A stretch of 64,000 nt of DNA, taken from contig NHCB01000008.1 in the NCBI GenBank assembly GCA_002167745.1, positions 18,202 through 82,201 on the forward strand, in the 5' to 3' direction. A program made the translations under genes and the position numbers. The stretch comes from Betaproteobacteria bacterium TMED22 (GTDB taxonomy: Bacteria > Pseudomonadota > Gammaproteobacteria > Burkholderiales > Eutrophovitaceae). The notes under the pieces are model-generated. The model had not been told where the DNA came from, did no database searches, and was given only the letters and a program-made list of their open reading frames with translations. Each line of letters starts with the position of its first letter. Within the stretch, counting starts at the first letter, position 1. Positions 1 through 11,179 of this stretch are shown here, piece after piece.

Positions 1-387
1 GACTATATAACAAAACCATTCTCACCTAAAGAGCTTGTAGCAAGAATCAAAGCCGTATTACGTCGCCGTGCACCTCAGCTGACAGACGATATTGTAGAAA
101 CCAATGGACTCCAGGTCGACCCAGTTACGCATCGGGTAACGATTAACGGAGAGGTCATACATATGGGGCCATCTGAATTTCGGTTACTACACTTTTTCAT
201 GACGCATACTGAACGCGTGCATACACGCACCCAGCTGCTGGATCAAGTCTGGGGAGACCACGTCTTTGTGGAAGAACGGACAGTGGACGTGCACATTCGA
301 AGATTAAGACAGGCACTTGAAAAATCAGGACATGACGCCTACATCCAAACTGTTAGAGGGGCGGGCTATCGGTTTTCTCGACCCTAG
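1..387 (+). CDS. phoB: Phosphate regulon response regulator PhoB, C-terminal part (5' truncated by window edge)
   Basis: Frame 1 translates from base 1 as [23 protein letters not shown]...[15 protein letters not shown]...VDVHIRRLR...VRGAGYRF, near-colinear with the E. coli PhoB winged-helix domain. phoR follows. Confidence 0.9.
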   Translation, partial: DYITKPFSPKELVARIKAVLRRRAPQLTDDIVETNGLQVDPVTHRVTINGEVIHMGPSEFRLLHFFMTHTERVHTRTQLLDQVWGDHVFVEERTVDVHIRRLRQALEKSGHDAYIQTVRGAGYRFSRP

Positions 388-450
388 GTCGTAGACTTTC
401 GAATTTGATACCATGCAAGATATAACCTAACGATTGGGCCCTCTTTACTT

Positions 451-1746
451 TTGCGCTATTGGATCAACGCTCTCTTAACACTGCTCTTCCCCGTCTTAAT
501 GGCTGGGGCTTTCGCGCTAATCTGGGGGACATTGGTCGGTTTATCCACGCTCTGCTTTTTGCTATTTATCGCTTTATGGTCAGAGCGACAAAAACTCTCC
601 CTCTTCGATAACTGGCTCAATTCGCCTGATAGAAATCGCCTACCAAACTTGAATCCCGCTTGGGATCGAGTATTTAAGAGTTTTATCAAAATTGAGAAAA
701 ACCAAAAAGCCTCAGAAGCTGAACTTAATCGCGCGCTTACTCGATTTGAGCAAGCCGCTCGGGCTTTACCAGATGCCGTAATTTTGTTGAGCAATTCACG
801 TCAAATTGAGTGGTGCAACACGAAAGCAGAAGAATATTTCCAGCTGGAATTGGATCGTGACCAAGGAGTTCAAATTGATTATTTACTCCGACAGCCCTCA
901 TTTAGAGCTTTCATGCGCAGCCAAGATATGGCGGCCTCACTAAGTCTTCGATTACCTCGACCAAGCATCGATCGTCAGGTCTCGATGCAAATGATACCCT
1001 TCGGAGAAGAACAAACGCTGTTGCTGGCTCGAGATGTTACGGAGCGGGAACAGCTCGAGGTCACACGACGTGACTTTGTGGCAAATATATCGCATGAGCT
1101 CCGAACCCCTCTTACAGTCATACAAGGGTTCCTCGAAACATTCGAAGATAATCCAGCCGAGGACACAAAGCTTTTAACACGAGGCGTAAAACTCATGTCC
1201 GACCAAAGTCAACGAATGAATCGGCTCATTACTGATCTTTTGGCATTGTCTCGACTTGAAACCTCAGATGCCCCACCGCAAGAGGTGGTGCATATGTCCA
1301 GACTAATTGAGAGCGTCCGCGTTGAAGCGCAAGCGCTATCGACAGAGAAGCATAACATTGATGTCCACGCATCCGCCGACCTGAAGATCCTCGGGTGCGA
1401 GGAGGAAATCAGGAGCGCCCTATCTAATCTAGTGAGCAATGCAGTGCGTTACTCACCTAAGGGCGGCACAATCTCTATCGAATGGGCTTTAATAGACCAA
1501 GATCCTGTCTTTTCCTGCCAGGATCAAGGCGTAGGCATTGCGCCAGAACACATCAGCCGACTGACGGAGCGTTTCTACCGTGTCGACAAAAGTCGATCAC
1601 AAGAAACCGGCGGTACCGGACTTGGATTGGCCATTGTGAAGCACATCCTTAATCGTCATAATGCAAAACTAGAAATTTCAAGCGAGCCCAATAAAGGCAG
1701 TCAATTTTCTATTCGTTTTCCAAAAACGATAGTCTCCTCCAAATAA
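451..1746 (+). CDS. phoR: Phosphate regulon sensor histidine kinase PhoR
   Basis: 431 aa with TTG start. Two N-terminal TM segments, H-box FVANISHELRTPLT, N/G boxes (NAVRYSP, GGTGLGLAIVKH). Sits directly after phoB. Confidence 0.85.
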   Translation: MRYWINALLTLLFPVLMAGAFALIWGTLVGLSTLCFLLFIALWSERQKLSLFDNWLNSPDRNRLPNLNPAWDRVFKSFIKIEKNQKASEAELNRALTRFEQAARALPDAVILLSNSRQIEWCNTKAEEYFQLELDRDQGVQIDYLLRQPSFRAFMRSQDMAASLSLRLPRPSIDRQVSMQMIPFGEEQTLLLARDVTEREQLEVTRRDFVANISHELRTPLTVIQGFLETFEDNPAEDTKLLTRGVKLMSDQSQRMNRLITDLLALSRLETSDAPPQEVVHMSRLIESVRVEAQALSTEKHNIDVHASADLKILGCEEEIRSALSNLVSNAVRYSPKGGTISIEWALIDQDPVFSCQDQGVGIAPEHISRLTERFYRVDKSRSQETGGTGLGLAIVKHILNRHNAKLEISSEPNKGSQFSIRFPKTIVSSK

Positions 1747-1765
1747 AAACTGCCTGAGTGACGAC

Positions 1766-2218
1766 TTAAATAGAATCAGGCTCTAAGTGCTCTCTCAGCG
1801 CTGCCTCGAATTTCTCCCAGAACCCGTCCGGCGGATTTACAGGATGCCCTCCAGAAAAAGCGCCCCAAATTGGATTCGGATAATGTGGATCTCCTAAAAA
1901 ACGAGGAATCACATGCCAATGCAGGTGCGGGACCAAGTTACCAAAAGATGCGATATTTACCTTGATGGGATTAAGTAACAAACGCATTGCTTTTTCGACT
2001 ATATAAACAACATGCATTATGCATTCTCGATCGCTACGAGATAAATCCGAAAATTCGATCCAGTGCTCATTTGTAATAACGCGACAAAAAACTGGGTACG
2101 CATCATCACAAACTGAAATTATCCTCACGAAATCATTTGTCCAAAGAACGCGCTCATCCATCGCTACACAAAGTGCACAATCCAAGGAGGGCTCAATCTT
2201 CATCAAAAAGACTGCCAC
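1766..2218 (-). CDS. HIT (histidine triad) family hydrolase
   Basis: 150 aa with histidine-triad motif HLHWHVIPR. The true start may be the internal Met at 2203. Confidence 0.75.
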   Translation of the reverse strand: MAVFLMKIEPSLDCALCVAMDERVLWTNDFVRIISVCDDAYPVFCRVITNEHWIEFSDLSRSDRECIMHVVYIVEKAMRLLLNPIKVNIASFGNLVPHLHWHVIPRFLGDPHYPNPIWGAFSGGHPVNPPDGFWEKFEAALREHLEPDSI

Positions 2219-2257
2219 TCATTACCGAGAAACATTAGCACTGGCCATAGACTCATA

Positions 2258-2656
2258 CTAAGTGACACCCACCATTAATATCCAATATCTGACAAATTTT
2301 CCGAAAGCGATACAAAAAATAGATACCATCAAGTGGGTTCTGAGCCAACCCGCTGCCAAACAAACGGCGTCTCCCAGCAACGGCACCCAAGAAATCAAAA
2401 GCGACACGCCACCCCAGCGTCGGACGTTCGTCAATATCCGGTCACTCGGTAAATGGCGAGTTGGTATGAACCGACCTAACAAAAATGTCGTAATTCCACC
2501 AAGTGTATTACCGATTGTCGCGACCCAAAGAGCCGCCCAATCTGAGGTGACCTCGTTCAGCAAGATCGCTATAAAAACGATCTCAGAACTTCCCGGCAAG
2601 ACAGTGGCCGATATAAAACTGGCCACAAACAAGCCAAATAAAGATGCCCCTTCCAT
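2258..2656 (-). CDS. YqaA/DedA-type small inner-membrane protein
   Basis: 132 aa, multi-TM, with N-terminal pattern ...ATVLPGSSEIV... typical of the YqaA/SNARE-associated family. The antisense 144-aa ORF is low-complexity shadow. Confidence 0.65.
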   Translation of the reverse strand: MEGASLFGLFVASFISATVLPGSSEIVFIAILLNEVTSDWAALWVATIGNTLGGITTFLLGRFIPTRHLPSDRILTNVRRWGGVSLLISWVPLLGDAVCLAAGWLRTHLMVSIFCIAFGKFVRYWILMVGVT

Positions 2657-2856
2657 GTCATGCCTCCGTCAAACGCGAAACTTTCCGGGTTTTTAACTGG
2701 TCAAAAGAGTTTTTAATGCCATCAAGATCTGTGCGTGCGTCAAAATCTCAATAGGAATTTGGCTTATAATCTTAGCTTTAAATGGCAATGCAAATGTCGA
2801 CAGCCTACTGACCTACGCGCAATCAGTTTTACCATTCTTGATTATAGGAGCACCCC

Positions 2857-3324
2857 TTGATTAGCACCCCGAAACAACTCGTTATTGTTGTCTTACTCGC
2901 CTTTGCCGTTCCGCTTACGGTTATTTTACTGGTCGTCCAATTTATCACAAGCGGTATAAACGCCGACCCAGATAGTTCCGCAATGAGCGAAGCCGCCATT
3001 GCGAAGAGAATGCAGGTGCTCAACGCTGATTCGTCAACTCAAATCGCGAATAATCAAGCGATAGATAGTCCAGCCATCGCCGTAGACCCCGGTGAGTCGC
3101 TGTACAACACAGTTTGTCAAGCGTGTCACGCTGCAGGTATCGCGGGCGCACCAAAAACAGGAGACCAATCAGTTTGGTCTGCCCGCCTAGACCTTGGCAA
3201 CAATGTACTTTATCAAAGCGTCATTAAAGGGAAAAATTTGATGCCTGCAAGAGGAGGGGCAACAAACGCATCCGATGACGATATTCGGGCAGCCGTTGAT
3301 TTCATGCTATCAACGCTTCAATGA
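2857..3324 (+). CDS. Membrane-anchored c-type cytochrome (cytochrome c5 family)
   Basis: 155 aa with N-terminal TM anchor, heme motif CQACH and downstream MPARGG Met ligand region. AGGAG sits 7 nt upstream of the TTG start. Confidence 0.8.
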   Translation: MISTPKQLVIVVLLAFAVPLTVILLVVQFITSGINADPDSSAMSEAAIAKRMQVLNADSSTQIANNQAIDSPAIAVDPGESLYNTVCQACHAAGIAGAPKTGDQSVWSARLDLGNNVLYQSVIKGKNLMPARGGATNASDDDIRAAVDFMLSTLQ

Positions 3325-3354
3325 GAACCACCGAACATTAATTGCTGATTTTTA

Positions 3355-4164
3355 ATGGCGACCTACGCGATTGGCGACATACAAGGTTGCGCAAAAACTT
3401 TCTTAGCGCTGCTCGAGACAATAGAGTTTAAACCCAAAGAAGATCAACTTTGGCTTGCAGGAGACCTCGTTAATCGAGGTCCAGGCTCTTTAACGGTGCT
3501 GAGATACATCTACAGCATTAAAGAATCGGTCCAGATCGTGCTTGGGAATCATGATCTGCATTTACTTGCTGTCGCTGGCGGGGTTGGCACACTAAGGGAC
3601 GACGATACTATTCTGGACATCCTCAATGCCCCAGATCGGCAAGAATTACTTGAGTGGCTTCGTCAACAGCCGGTTTTTTTCAAAGATGGTAATCATGCAA
3701 TGGTGCACGCAGGGTTGCTTCCGGGATGGAGTTTTAATTCAGCAAAAGGGCTCTCATTGGAACTTGAGGCGATATTACGAAGCGATACTTATAAGGAACT
3801 CTTAGCAAATATGAGGGGCAGTAAACCTAAACACTGGTCCGAAGAACTGACGGGCTGGGAACGCTACCGGGTGCTTTTAAATGCGTTTACACGGATGCGA
3901 GTATGCGATAAAAAAACAGGAGGAATGGATTTTTCCTATAAGGGTCCCTATGAAACAATACCTGACGCCTCGACAGCCTGGTTCGACCTTCCTACTGAAA
4001 GACCCTTGGATGTAACATTAATTTGCGGTCATTGGTCGGCGCTTGGGGTGTATATAAAAGCCAATTTAGTGTGCCTGGACTCAGGGTGCATATGGGGCGG
4101 GCCATTAACAGCATACTGCTTGGATACTAAGAAAATTGTCCAAGCACCCAATCAAGACAAATAA
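3355..4164 (+). CDS. apaH: Bis(5'-nucleosyl)-tetraphosphatase, symmetrical (ApaH)
   Basis: 269 aa with metallophosphoesterase motifs IGDIQGC, GDLVNRGP, GNHDLHLL; colinear with ApaH. Confidence 0.85.
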   Translation: MATYAIGDIQGCAKTFLALLETIEFKPKEDQLWLAGDLVNRGPGSLTVLRYIYSIKESVQIVLGNHDLHLLAVAGGVGTLRDDDTILDILNAPDRQELLEWLRQQPVFFKDGNHAMVHAGLLPGWSFNSAKGLSLELEAILRSDTYKELLANMRGSKPKHWSEELTGWERYRVLLNAFTRMRVCDKKTGGMDFSYKGPYETIPDASTAWFDLPTERPLDVTLICGHWSALGVYIKANLVCLDSGCIWGGPLTAYCLDTKKIVQAPNQDK

Positions 4165-4165
4165 T

Positions 4166-5104
4166 TTACCACTCGAGTGCTCGATCAAAATTCTCTCTGT
4201 AAGAGGTTTCAATGTAAGTTCTATCAAATTGGTGGTTTTGTGGCCCCTGACTCGCAATCTTAATAGCGCCCAACAATGAGGCAAGGCGTCCAGTAGTCTC
4301 CCAATCTAAACCGGCCTGAATGCCATAAAGAAGTCCCGAACGATACGAATCACCGCATCCGGTTGGATCAACAACTTCTTCTGCGATCACAGTAGGGATA
4401 TCTAATATTTTTTTACCCGTGTAGATCGTCGACCCTTCACCACCACGCGTTACAATCAGCGCCTTCAAGTGTCCGGCAATTTCAGAAAGCGTCTGACCGG
4501 TTTTTTCTTCCAGCATTTTTGCTTCGTACTCATTCATTGCTGCATATTCCGCCAATTTTATAAAGCTTAATAATTCCTCTCGATCAAACATCGGTAAACC
4601 CTGCCCTGGATCAAAAACGAACGGAATACCAGCTTCATGAAATTCTCGCGCGTGCTGAATCATGCCATCGCGACCATCCGGAGCTACAATTCCCAAGCTC
4701 ACATCTTCAGCATCCGCAATATGATTCCGGTGAGACGAGCTCATCGCCCCGGGATGAAAAGCTGTAATCTGATTGTCATCCAAATCAGTTGTAATAAAAG
4801 CCTGAGCTGTAAACGCATCAGGAATAACAGTAACGTGATCTGTCAACAAACCCTTTTGTCGCATGCGATCAGTATAGGGAGCATGATCTTGACCTACCGT
4901 TGCCATAACCAATGGTTTGCCCCCGAGTAAATGCAGGCTGTAAGCGATATTACCCGCACATCCACCATACTCCCGCCGCATATGCGGTACTAGAAAGGCG
5001 ACATTTAAATTATGAATTTGATCAGAAATGATGTGGTTTTTAAAACGATCTTCAAAAAGCATAATAGAGTCGTAAGCGATCGAACCACAAATCAAAGTAT
5101 TCAT
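4166..5104 (-). CDS. PfkB-family carbohydrate/nucleoside kinase (adenosine-kinase-like)
   Basis: 312 aa with PfkB signature DPTGCGDSYRSG near the C-terminus and an N-terminal GSIAYD sheet motif. Confidence 0.75.
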   Translation of the reverse strand: MNTLICGSIAYDSIMLFEDRFKNHIISDQIHNLNVAFLVPHMRREYGGCAGNIAYSLHLLGGKPLVMATVGQDHAPYTDRMRQKGLLTDHVTVIPDAFTAQAFITTDLDDNQITAFHPGAMSSSHRNHIADAEDVSLGIVAPDGRDGMIQHAREFHEAGIPFVFDPGQGLPMFDREELLSFIKLAEYAAMNEYEAKMLEEKTGQTLSEIAGHLKALIVTRGGEGSTIYTGKKILDIPTVIAEEVVDPTGCGDSYRSGLLYGIQAGLDWETTGRLASLLGAIKIASQGPQNHQFDRTYIETSYRENFDRALEW

Positions 5105-5173
5105 TAGAAACCCCTGTTCAAATTACATAAAAATCGGAAGCGAATATTGTACGCGGTAGAAAAAAAGATGACG

Positions 5174-6262
5174 TTACGTTTGTACAAGGCGACGATTAGC
5201 TCGGAAGTTCATCAAAATACCAATCCCTATTAAGACTGTTACGGCGGATGATCCCCCGAAGGAGATCAGGGGTAGCGGCACACCCACAATAGGTAGCAAT
5301 CCAATCACCATACCCACGTTAACAAAAGCATAAATAAAAAATGTCAAAGTGATTGATGTCGCGGCTAAGCGACTAAACAGGTTGGGGGCTCGTTGGGCTA
5401 TCTGCAACCCTCGCCAAATCAGAGCTAGGTAGGCTAGAAAAATAAATAGCACACCTATAAACCCAAATTCCTCGCCTAGGACCGCAAAAACAAAATCCGT
5501 AGCTCCTTCGGGTAAAAAGTTCAATTGTGATTGAGTCCCTTCCATCCAGCCCTTACCCCAAAAGCCACCAGACCCAATTGCGATAGTTGACTGGATCGTA
5601 TGATATCCCGCCCCCAGAGGGTCGGATGCCGGATTCAACAACGTAAGAATTCTTGTTTGCTGATAAGGCTCAAGCACGCCCCACGCAAACGGCATCACCA
5701 AAACTGAGAGCGTCACTATAAACGCAAGAACCCTCAAGGACATGCCTGCAAAAAAAAGAACGAAAAAACCAGAAGTAAAGACTAATATTGACGTTCCTAA
5801 ATCCGGTTGTTTTAAAATTAATATGACGGGAGCCAGCAGCAACAAAGCAGCAACAACATAGTACTTTGCACCAATGACTCGTTCATATCGGTCAAAATAC
5901 CAAGCGAGCATTAAAGGTAATGCAATTTTCATCAATTCTGATGGTTGTATCCGAACTACTTGCAAATCAAGCCAACGTTGCGCGCCCTTAGCCTGGTCGC
6001 CAATCAATGCCGTTAATACCAATAAAACCATGGTAAAAATATATAAAGGAAGAGCAAAACGACTAAGATAGTCTAATGGTATTTTCGCAACGATCCACAT
6101 CAAAATTAGCGCAAAAATAAAATTCTTTCCTTGGGCGATGACTTTATTCATATCACCCTGAGATGAACTAAAGAGCACACAAAGACTTACCGCAAACAAC
6201 GCGAACACCACGCACAATAACGGCAGATCAAGCGTTTTCGTGAATTCATTTTTAATCCGCAA
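5174..6262 (-). CDS. rodA: Peptidoglycan glycosyltransferase RodA (SEDS family)
   Basis: 362 aa polytopic membrane protein with FtsW/RodA motifs (QPSELMK, LPEGATDF). Immediately downstream of mrdA. Confidence 0.9.
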   Translation of the reverse strand: MRIKNEFTKTLDLPLLCVVFALFAVSLCVLFSSSQGDMNKVIAQGKNFIFALILMWIVAKIPLDYLSRFALPLYIFTMVLLVLTALIGDQAKGAQRWLDLQVVRIQPSELMKIALPLMLAWYFDRYERVIGAKYYVVAALLLLAPVILILKQPDLGTSILVFTSGFFVLFFAGMSLRVLAFIVTLSVLVMPFAWGVLEPYQQTRILTLLNPASDPLGAGYHTIQSTIAIGSGGFWGKGWMEGTQSQLNFLPEGATDFVFAVLGEEFGFIGVLFIFLAYLALIWRGLQIAQRAPNLFSRLAATSITLTFFIYAFVNVGMVIGLLPIVGVPLPLISFGGSSAVTVLIGIGILMNFRANRRLVQT

Positions 6263-6303
6263 AAAGATAACTAAGCTCCCTTAGCTTGAGGAGTCGATAA
6301 AGC

Positions 6304-8148
6304 TCATGGACGCGCATCAAAGTATGCATCGAACACTTTTCGCGCAATTGGTGCCGCAACACTGCCGCCCCCTCCGCCATTTTCAACTACCACAGCAAGC
6401 GCAATTGTTGGCTGATTCGCAGGCGCGTATCCAACAAAAAGAGCGTGATCTTGTAACCTCTTCTCAAGAGAATCCTCATCGTACTCCGCCCCTTTAAGAC
6501 TAAACACTTGTGCCGTGCCTGTTTTACCCGCCATCGAATAATCTGCCCCTCTTGCCGCGCCGGCAGCGGTCCCGCCCGAGCGCATCACATCCTCCATCGC
6601 CTTTTGCAAAACATGAATGTGTTTTGAAGACAACATTAAGGGCTGACCAGGATTCGGCTGTGGAGACGCCGAAGCCCTATCAGAAAACGGCCGCGCCCCA
6701 AATCTAGACAAGACTGGTCGCACTAATGTCTGACCATTAGCTAAGGCTGCCGTGGCAACAGCCAGCTGTAAAGGGGTCACTAAGTTATAGCCCTGACCAA
6801 TTCCTACGGATATCGTATCTCCAGGATACCAAGGTTGCTCAAACCGTCGTTTTTTCCACGCTTTAGAAGGCGCAATTCCACTGGCCTCACGGGGTAAATC
6901 AATTCCTGTTTTTGATCCAAACCCAAATCGAGTTAAATACCTATGAATCGTTTCAATTTCCAAATCGTGAGCAAGCTTATAAAAATAAGTGTCAACCGAC
7001 TCAACGATGGCCTTGTGGAGATTTACCTCACCATGGCCACCTTTTTTCCAGTCTCTAAACTTATATTGGCTGCCGGGTAGGGAAAAGAATCCCGGATCCC
7101 ACATCGACCACTCTGGAGTCCTTACCTTCTCCTCTAAGCCCGCAATGGCGATGAACGGCTTCAGCGTTGATCCCGGGGGGTAGACCCCATCACTTACCCG
7201 ATTGACCAAAGGCCTATCTTCAGCATCTCGAATTTGGCGCCAAGTAGACTGATCAAATCCGCGAACAAATAAACTAGGGTCATATCCAGGTTTAGATACA
7301 AACGCTAAAACGCTTCCATCATTTGCATCCAACGCAACCAACGCGCCGCTTTCGTTCCCTAACGCATCGAACGCGGCCTTTTGCAGTGCTAGGTCGATAG
7401 TCAGGAAGACATCTTCTCCTCCAACGGGATGTTGTCGATCAAGGACTCTTAGTTCTGTGCCGCTCGAATCAACCTCAACATGATTGAGCCCCAGTCGCCC
7501 CCTAAGCTTAGATTCATAAAAAGCTTCAACACCTCTTTTCCCAATCCAATCGGAATTGATATATGAAGCTCTCAATCCTCTCTTTTCAAGACGGTCAAGA
7601 TCGACCTCACTAACACGCCGAACATAACCCAACAAGTGTGACGTCAGCTCACCGTAGAGGTACTCCCTATAGAGCTGAGCGCGTAGTTTTATCCTTGGAA
7701 ATCGAAATCCATTAGCAGTAAATCGTGCGATTTCATCCTGACTTAAATCATCTCGAATAATGATGTTAGCGAAGCGCCCGGCCTTTTTCATAGCCTTTTC
7801 GATCCGCGCTCTCTCTTCGGCGGAAACCTCTACTATATCGCCTAGCTCATCAAGAACTTGGTCAAGATCATCGATGCTATTATCCTGAAGCTCCAAGGCG
7901 TAAGAGGAATAATTCTTTGCCAAAACGCGACCGTTTCTATCATAAATTAACCCTCGATTCGGAAGAATTGGCGACACGTTTATGCGGTTATTTTCAGCTC
8001 GAAGCTGATAATATTCTGAATTAATTATCTGTAAAAAAAATAATCTGCCAAGCAAAAATACACACAGAATGAGCATAAAAATAATAGCCCCCCGTATTCG
8101 GAAGGTAAAGCCACCTAATTCTGATAAGGGTTTCCTATATCTCGACAT
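6304..8148 (-). CDS. mrdA: Penicillin-binding protein 2 (elongasome transpeptidase)
   Basis: 614 aa with PBP dimerisation plus transpeptidase domains. Motifs STLKP, SVD and KTGTAQ. Lies between mreD and rodA. Confidence 0.9.
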   Translation of the reverse strand: MSRYRKPLSELGGFTFRIRGAIIFMLILCVFLLGRLFFLQIINSEYYQLRAENNRINVSPILPNRGLIYDRNGRVLAKNYSSYALELQDNSIDDLDQVLDELGDIVEVSAEERARIEKAMKKAGRFANIIIRDDLSQDEIARFTANGFRFPRIKLRAQLYREYLYGELTSHLLGYVRRVSEVDLDRLEKRGLRASYINSDWIGKRGVEAFYESKLRGRLGLNHVEVDSSGTELRVLDRQHPVGGEDVFLTIDLALQKAAFDALGNESGALVALDANDGSVLAFVSKPGYDPSLFVRGFDQSTWRQIRDAEDRPLVNRVSDGVYPPGSTLKPFIAIAGLEEKVRTPEWSMWDPGFFSLPGSQYKFRDWKKGGHGEVNLHKAIVESVDTYFYKLAHDLEIETIHRYLTRFGFGSKTGIDLPREASGIAPSKAWKKRRFEQPWYPGDTISVGIGQGYNLVTPLQLAVATAALANGQTLVRPVLSRFGARPFSDRASASPQPNPGQPLMLSSKHIHVLQKAMEDVMRSGGTAAGAARGADYSMAGKTGTAQVFSLKGAEYDEDSLEKRLQDHALFVGYAPANQPTIALAVVVENGGGGGSVAAPIARKVFDAYFDARP

Positions 8149-8200
8149 TCGCTCATTTAAACTCTTTTGTTATGTACGACCGTACACGGCGATTAGCCTA

Positions 8201-8692
8201 CTATTTATCAACACGTGCATAATTTTTCTCAATTATAAATTCAAGGAACGGCCAGGTTATGCACCAAGCGGCGACCATAACCAATTGATTGATGTCCATA
8301 AAGGCGCCAACATAGGAAGCAACCAAGCCATACAATATTGCTTCAAGCGCTACAAATGTCGCGATGACGAATGCGACTCTATTCAACCGAGCGCTCATTC
8401 GAAATCGATTATCAAACTTCACAGCTACTGCAACCAAGAATAAATACTTTAAAGCATGCAGCCCAATTATTTGGCCTCCCAGAAAATCCACTATCAAGCC
8501 CAATAAAAAAACTGTACCAAGCCTCGGTCTATTATCACCGCCCAACATAGCCCAATAAAAAATAATCAGCGCTAAGACATCCGGAGCTGTCGAAAAAGAG
8601 AGTCCGGGTAATCCAACACAAGAAATAATCAGCCCAATAATGATTGACGCTGCTATTTTTTTATTTGATACCCGCTGAATGAACACCGCCAT
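8201..8692 (-). CDS. mreD: Rod shape-determining protein MreD
   Basis: 163 aa hydrophobic protein directly after mreC in the mreBCD order. Confidence 0.8.
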   Translation of the reverse strand: MAVFIQRVSNKKIAASIIIGLIISCVGLPGLSFSTAPDVLALIIFYWAMLGGDNRPRLGTVFLLGLIVDFLGGQIIGLHALKYLFLVAVAVKFDNRFRMSARLNRVAFVIATFVALEAILYGLVASYVGAFMDINQLVMVAAWCITWPFLEFIIEKNYARVDK

Positions 8693-8714
8693 ATTAATTA
8701 ACCCTCGCTACCGC

Positions 8715-9581
8715 TTATTTCGATTTATCCAAGGGATACAAATCATCGCCAATTGGCCCAGTGAGCGCTATGAAACTATTCGTCGAACTTGGAGACGCCA
8801 ATGACTGCACTATTATCCTAGAAAAGGTGGAGGTCCGATCCGGATCGACTGAAATCACTTTGCCGACCGGAATGCCATAGGGATGTCTGCCTCCCATCCC
8901 GGTAGTGACCAAAATGTCATCAACCTTAATATCTACCTCCTCGGGAACAAACTTCAACTCTAGCGAATTATATTTTCCTCGCCCAAAGAGGACAGCCCGA
9001 AACCCAGTTCTGAGCACTTGAACATGCACGCTGGCGCGTTGATCAGACACCAATCTTACAAAGGCTTGAGCATCTTCGACACTAATCACCTGTCCGACAA
9101 GTCCCTTTGTTTCGACAAGATAATCACCAGGCTTTATCGGTGCCTCACGTGTAAATTGAACCCGCAGCCATTGATCATAAGGCGAATTCGACGCAGCAAT
9201 CACCGTTACGGCATGCATCCCATTAGGACTTTGATTGCGCAGCTTAAGTAAAGACTGCAACTCCTCGAGACGCCGCTCGATTGAAGCTAGCTTTTGGAGT
9301 CTTACCTCGCTATATATTTGCGCGTTTTTAAGCTCTTCATTTTCTCGAACTAGCTCAACATTGGAAGCGAAATGAGAACTGAAATCTTCCAACCAATCCT
9401 TCAGCGGACGAAAGGACTCATTAACAACGACTTCGAGACTTGAAAGTTTTTCTTTAACAGGAGCAAAGGTATGTTGTTTTAAATCAAGAAAAACAAGGCT
9501 CAAAGCAATGGTTGAATACACCAAAAGTTTGATATAGAAACGGAGCCTATCACCCTTGATCGTGTTAGACGCTAATGGCAT
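8715..9581 (-). CDS. mreC: Rod shape-determining protein MreC
   Basis: 288 aa with N-terminal TM, coiled coil, then beta-rich domains. Lies between mreB and mreD. Confidence 0.85.
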   Translation of the reverse strand: MPLASNTIKGDRLRFYIKLLVYSTIALSLVFLDLKQHTFAPVKEKLSSLEVVVNESFRPLKDWLEDFSSHFASNVELVRENEELKNAQIYSEVRLQKLASIERRLEELQSLLKLRNQSPNGMHAVTVIAASNSPYDQWLRVQFTREAPIKPGDYLVETKGLVGQVISVEDAQAFVRLVSDQRASVHVQVLRTGFRAVLFGRGKYNSLELKFVPEEVDIKVDDILVTTGMGGRHPYGIPVGKVISVDPDRTSTFSRIIVQSLASPSSTNSFIALTGPIGDDLYPLDKSK

Positions 9582-9648
9582 ATCCTTAAAGAGAAATTAA
9601 GCTATTTAGCTAAGCCTAAAAATCAAGGCTTCGAACATCGGAAATAAC

Positions 9649-10704
<1,056 letters not shown>

Positions 10705-10888
10705 CTACGAGAAGGCAGGGATAGAGTAATAAATCAATGATGTATGATAACCTAATGCTTTATTTAAGGCGAAAAACTTTCAAATAACCACGCTGTTCGA
10801 TCTGAAATCAAGCATTCTGCTCACTCTAGTGGGACCGGACTTGTATGCTCGTGAAAATCAGTTGGTTTAAATCTAAGAAGACCCAAAT

Positions 10889-11179
10889 ATGTCACTAACT
10901 AAACAAGACGTCAAAAAGGCCGCGGACCTCGCGCGGATTGAAGTCACAGATCAAGAGGCTGAGGACGCGTTGGGCCCACTTAAAAAAGTATTCGCCCTCA
11001 TTGAGGAGATGCAACAGCTCGATACGGAGGCCGTCGAACCCATGGCCCACGCACAAGATATCTCAACGCGGCTACGCGACGATATCGTCACCGAAAAAGA
11101 CCAGCGAGAAATACTTCAGGCCTCAGCACCCGCTGTTGAAAAAGGTCTTTTCCTCGTTCCCAAAGTCATCGATCAATAA
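10889..11179 (+). CDS. gatC: Asp/Glu-tRNA amidotransferase subunit C
   Basis: 96 aa, [19 protein letters not shown]...; ATG of gatA overlaps its stop. Confidence 0.9.
   Translation: MSLTKQDVKKAADLARIEVTDQEAEDALGPLKKVFALIEEMQQLDTEAVEPMAHAQDISTRLRDDIVTEKDQREILQASAPAVEKGLFLVPKVIDQ

Noticed and set aside
2262-2696. 144-aa plus-strand ORF overlapping the YqaA-type gene. Similar long antisense ORFs occur at 9701-10078, 11331-11687, 26680-27036, 37342-37713, 40823-41185, 52026-52406, 56929-57285 and 62059-62430.
   Set aside because: All lie fully inside, and antisense to, genes with unmistakable conserved protein sequences. Their translations are low-complexity (S/R/P/A-rich) with no recognisable motifs. 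These are typical shadow ORFs.
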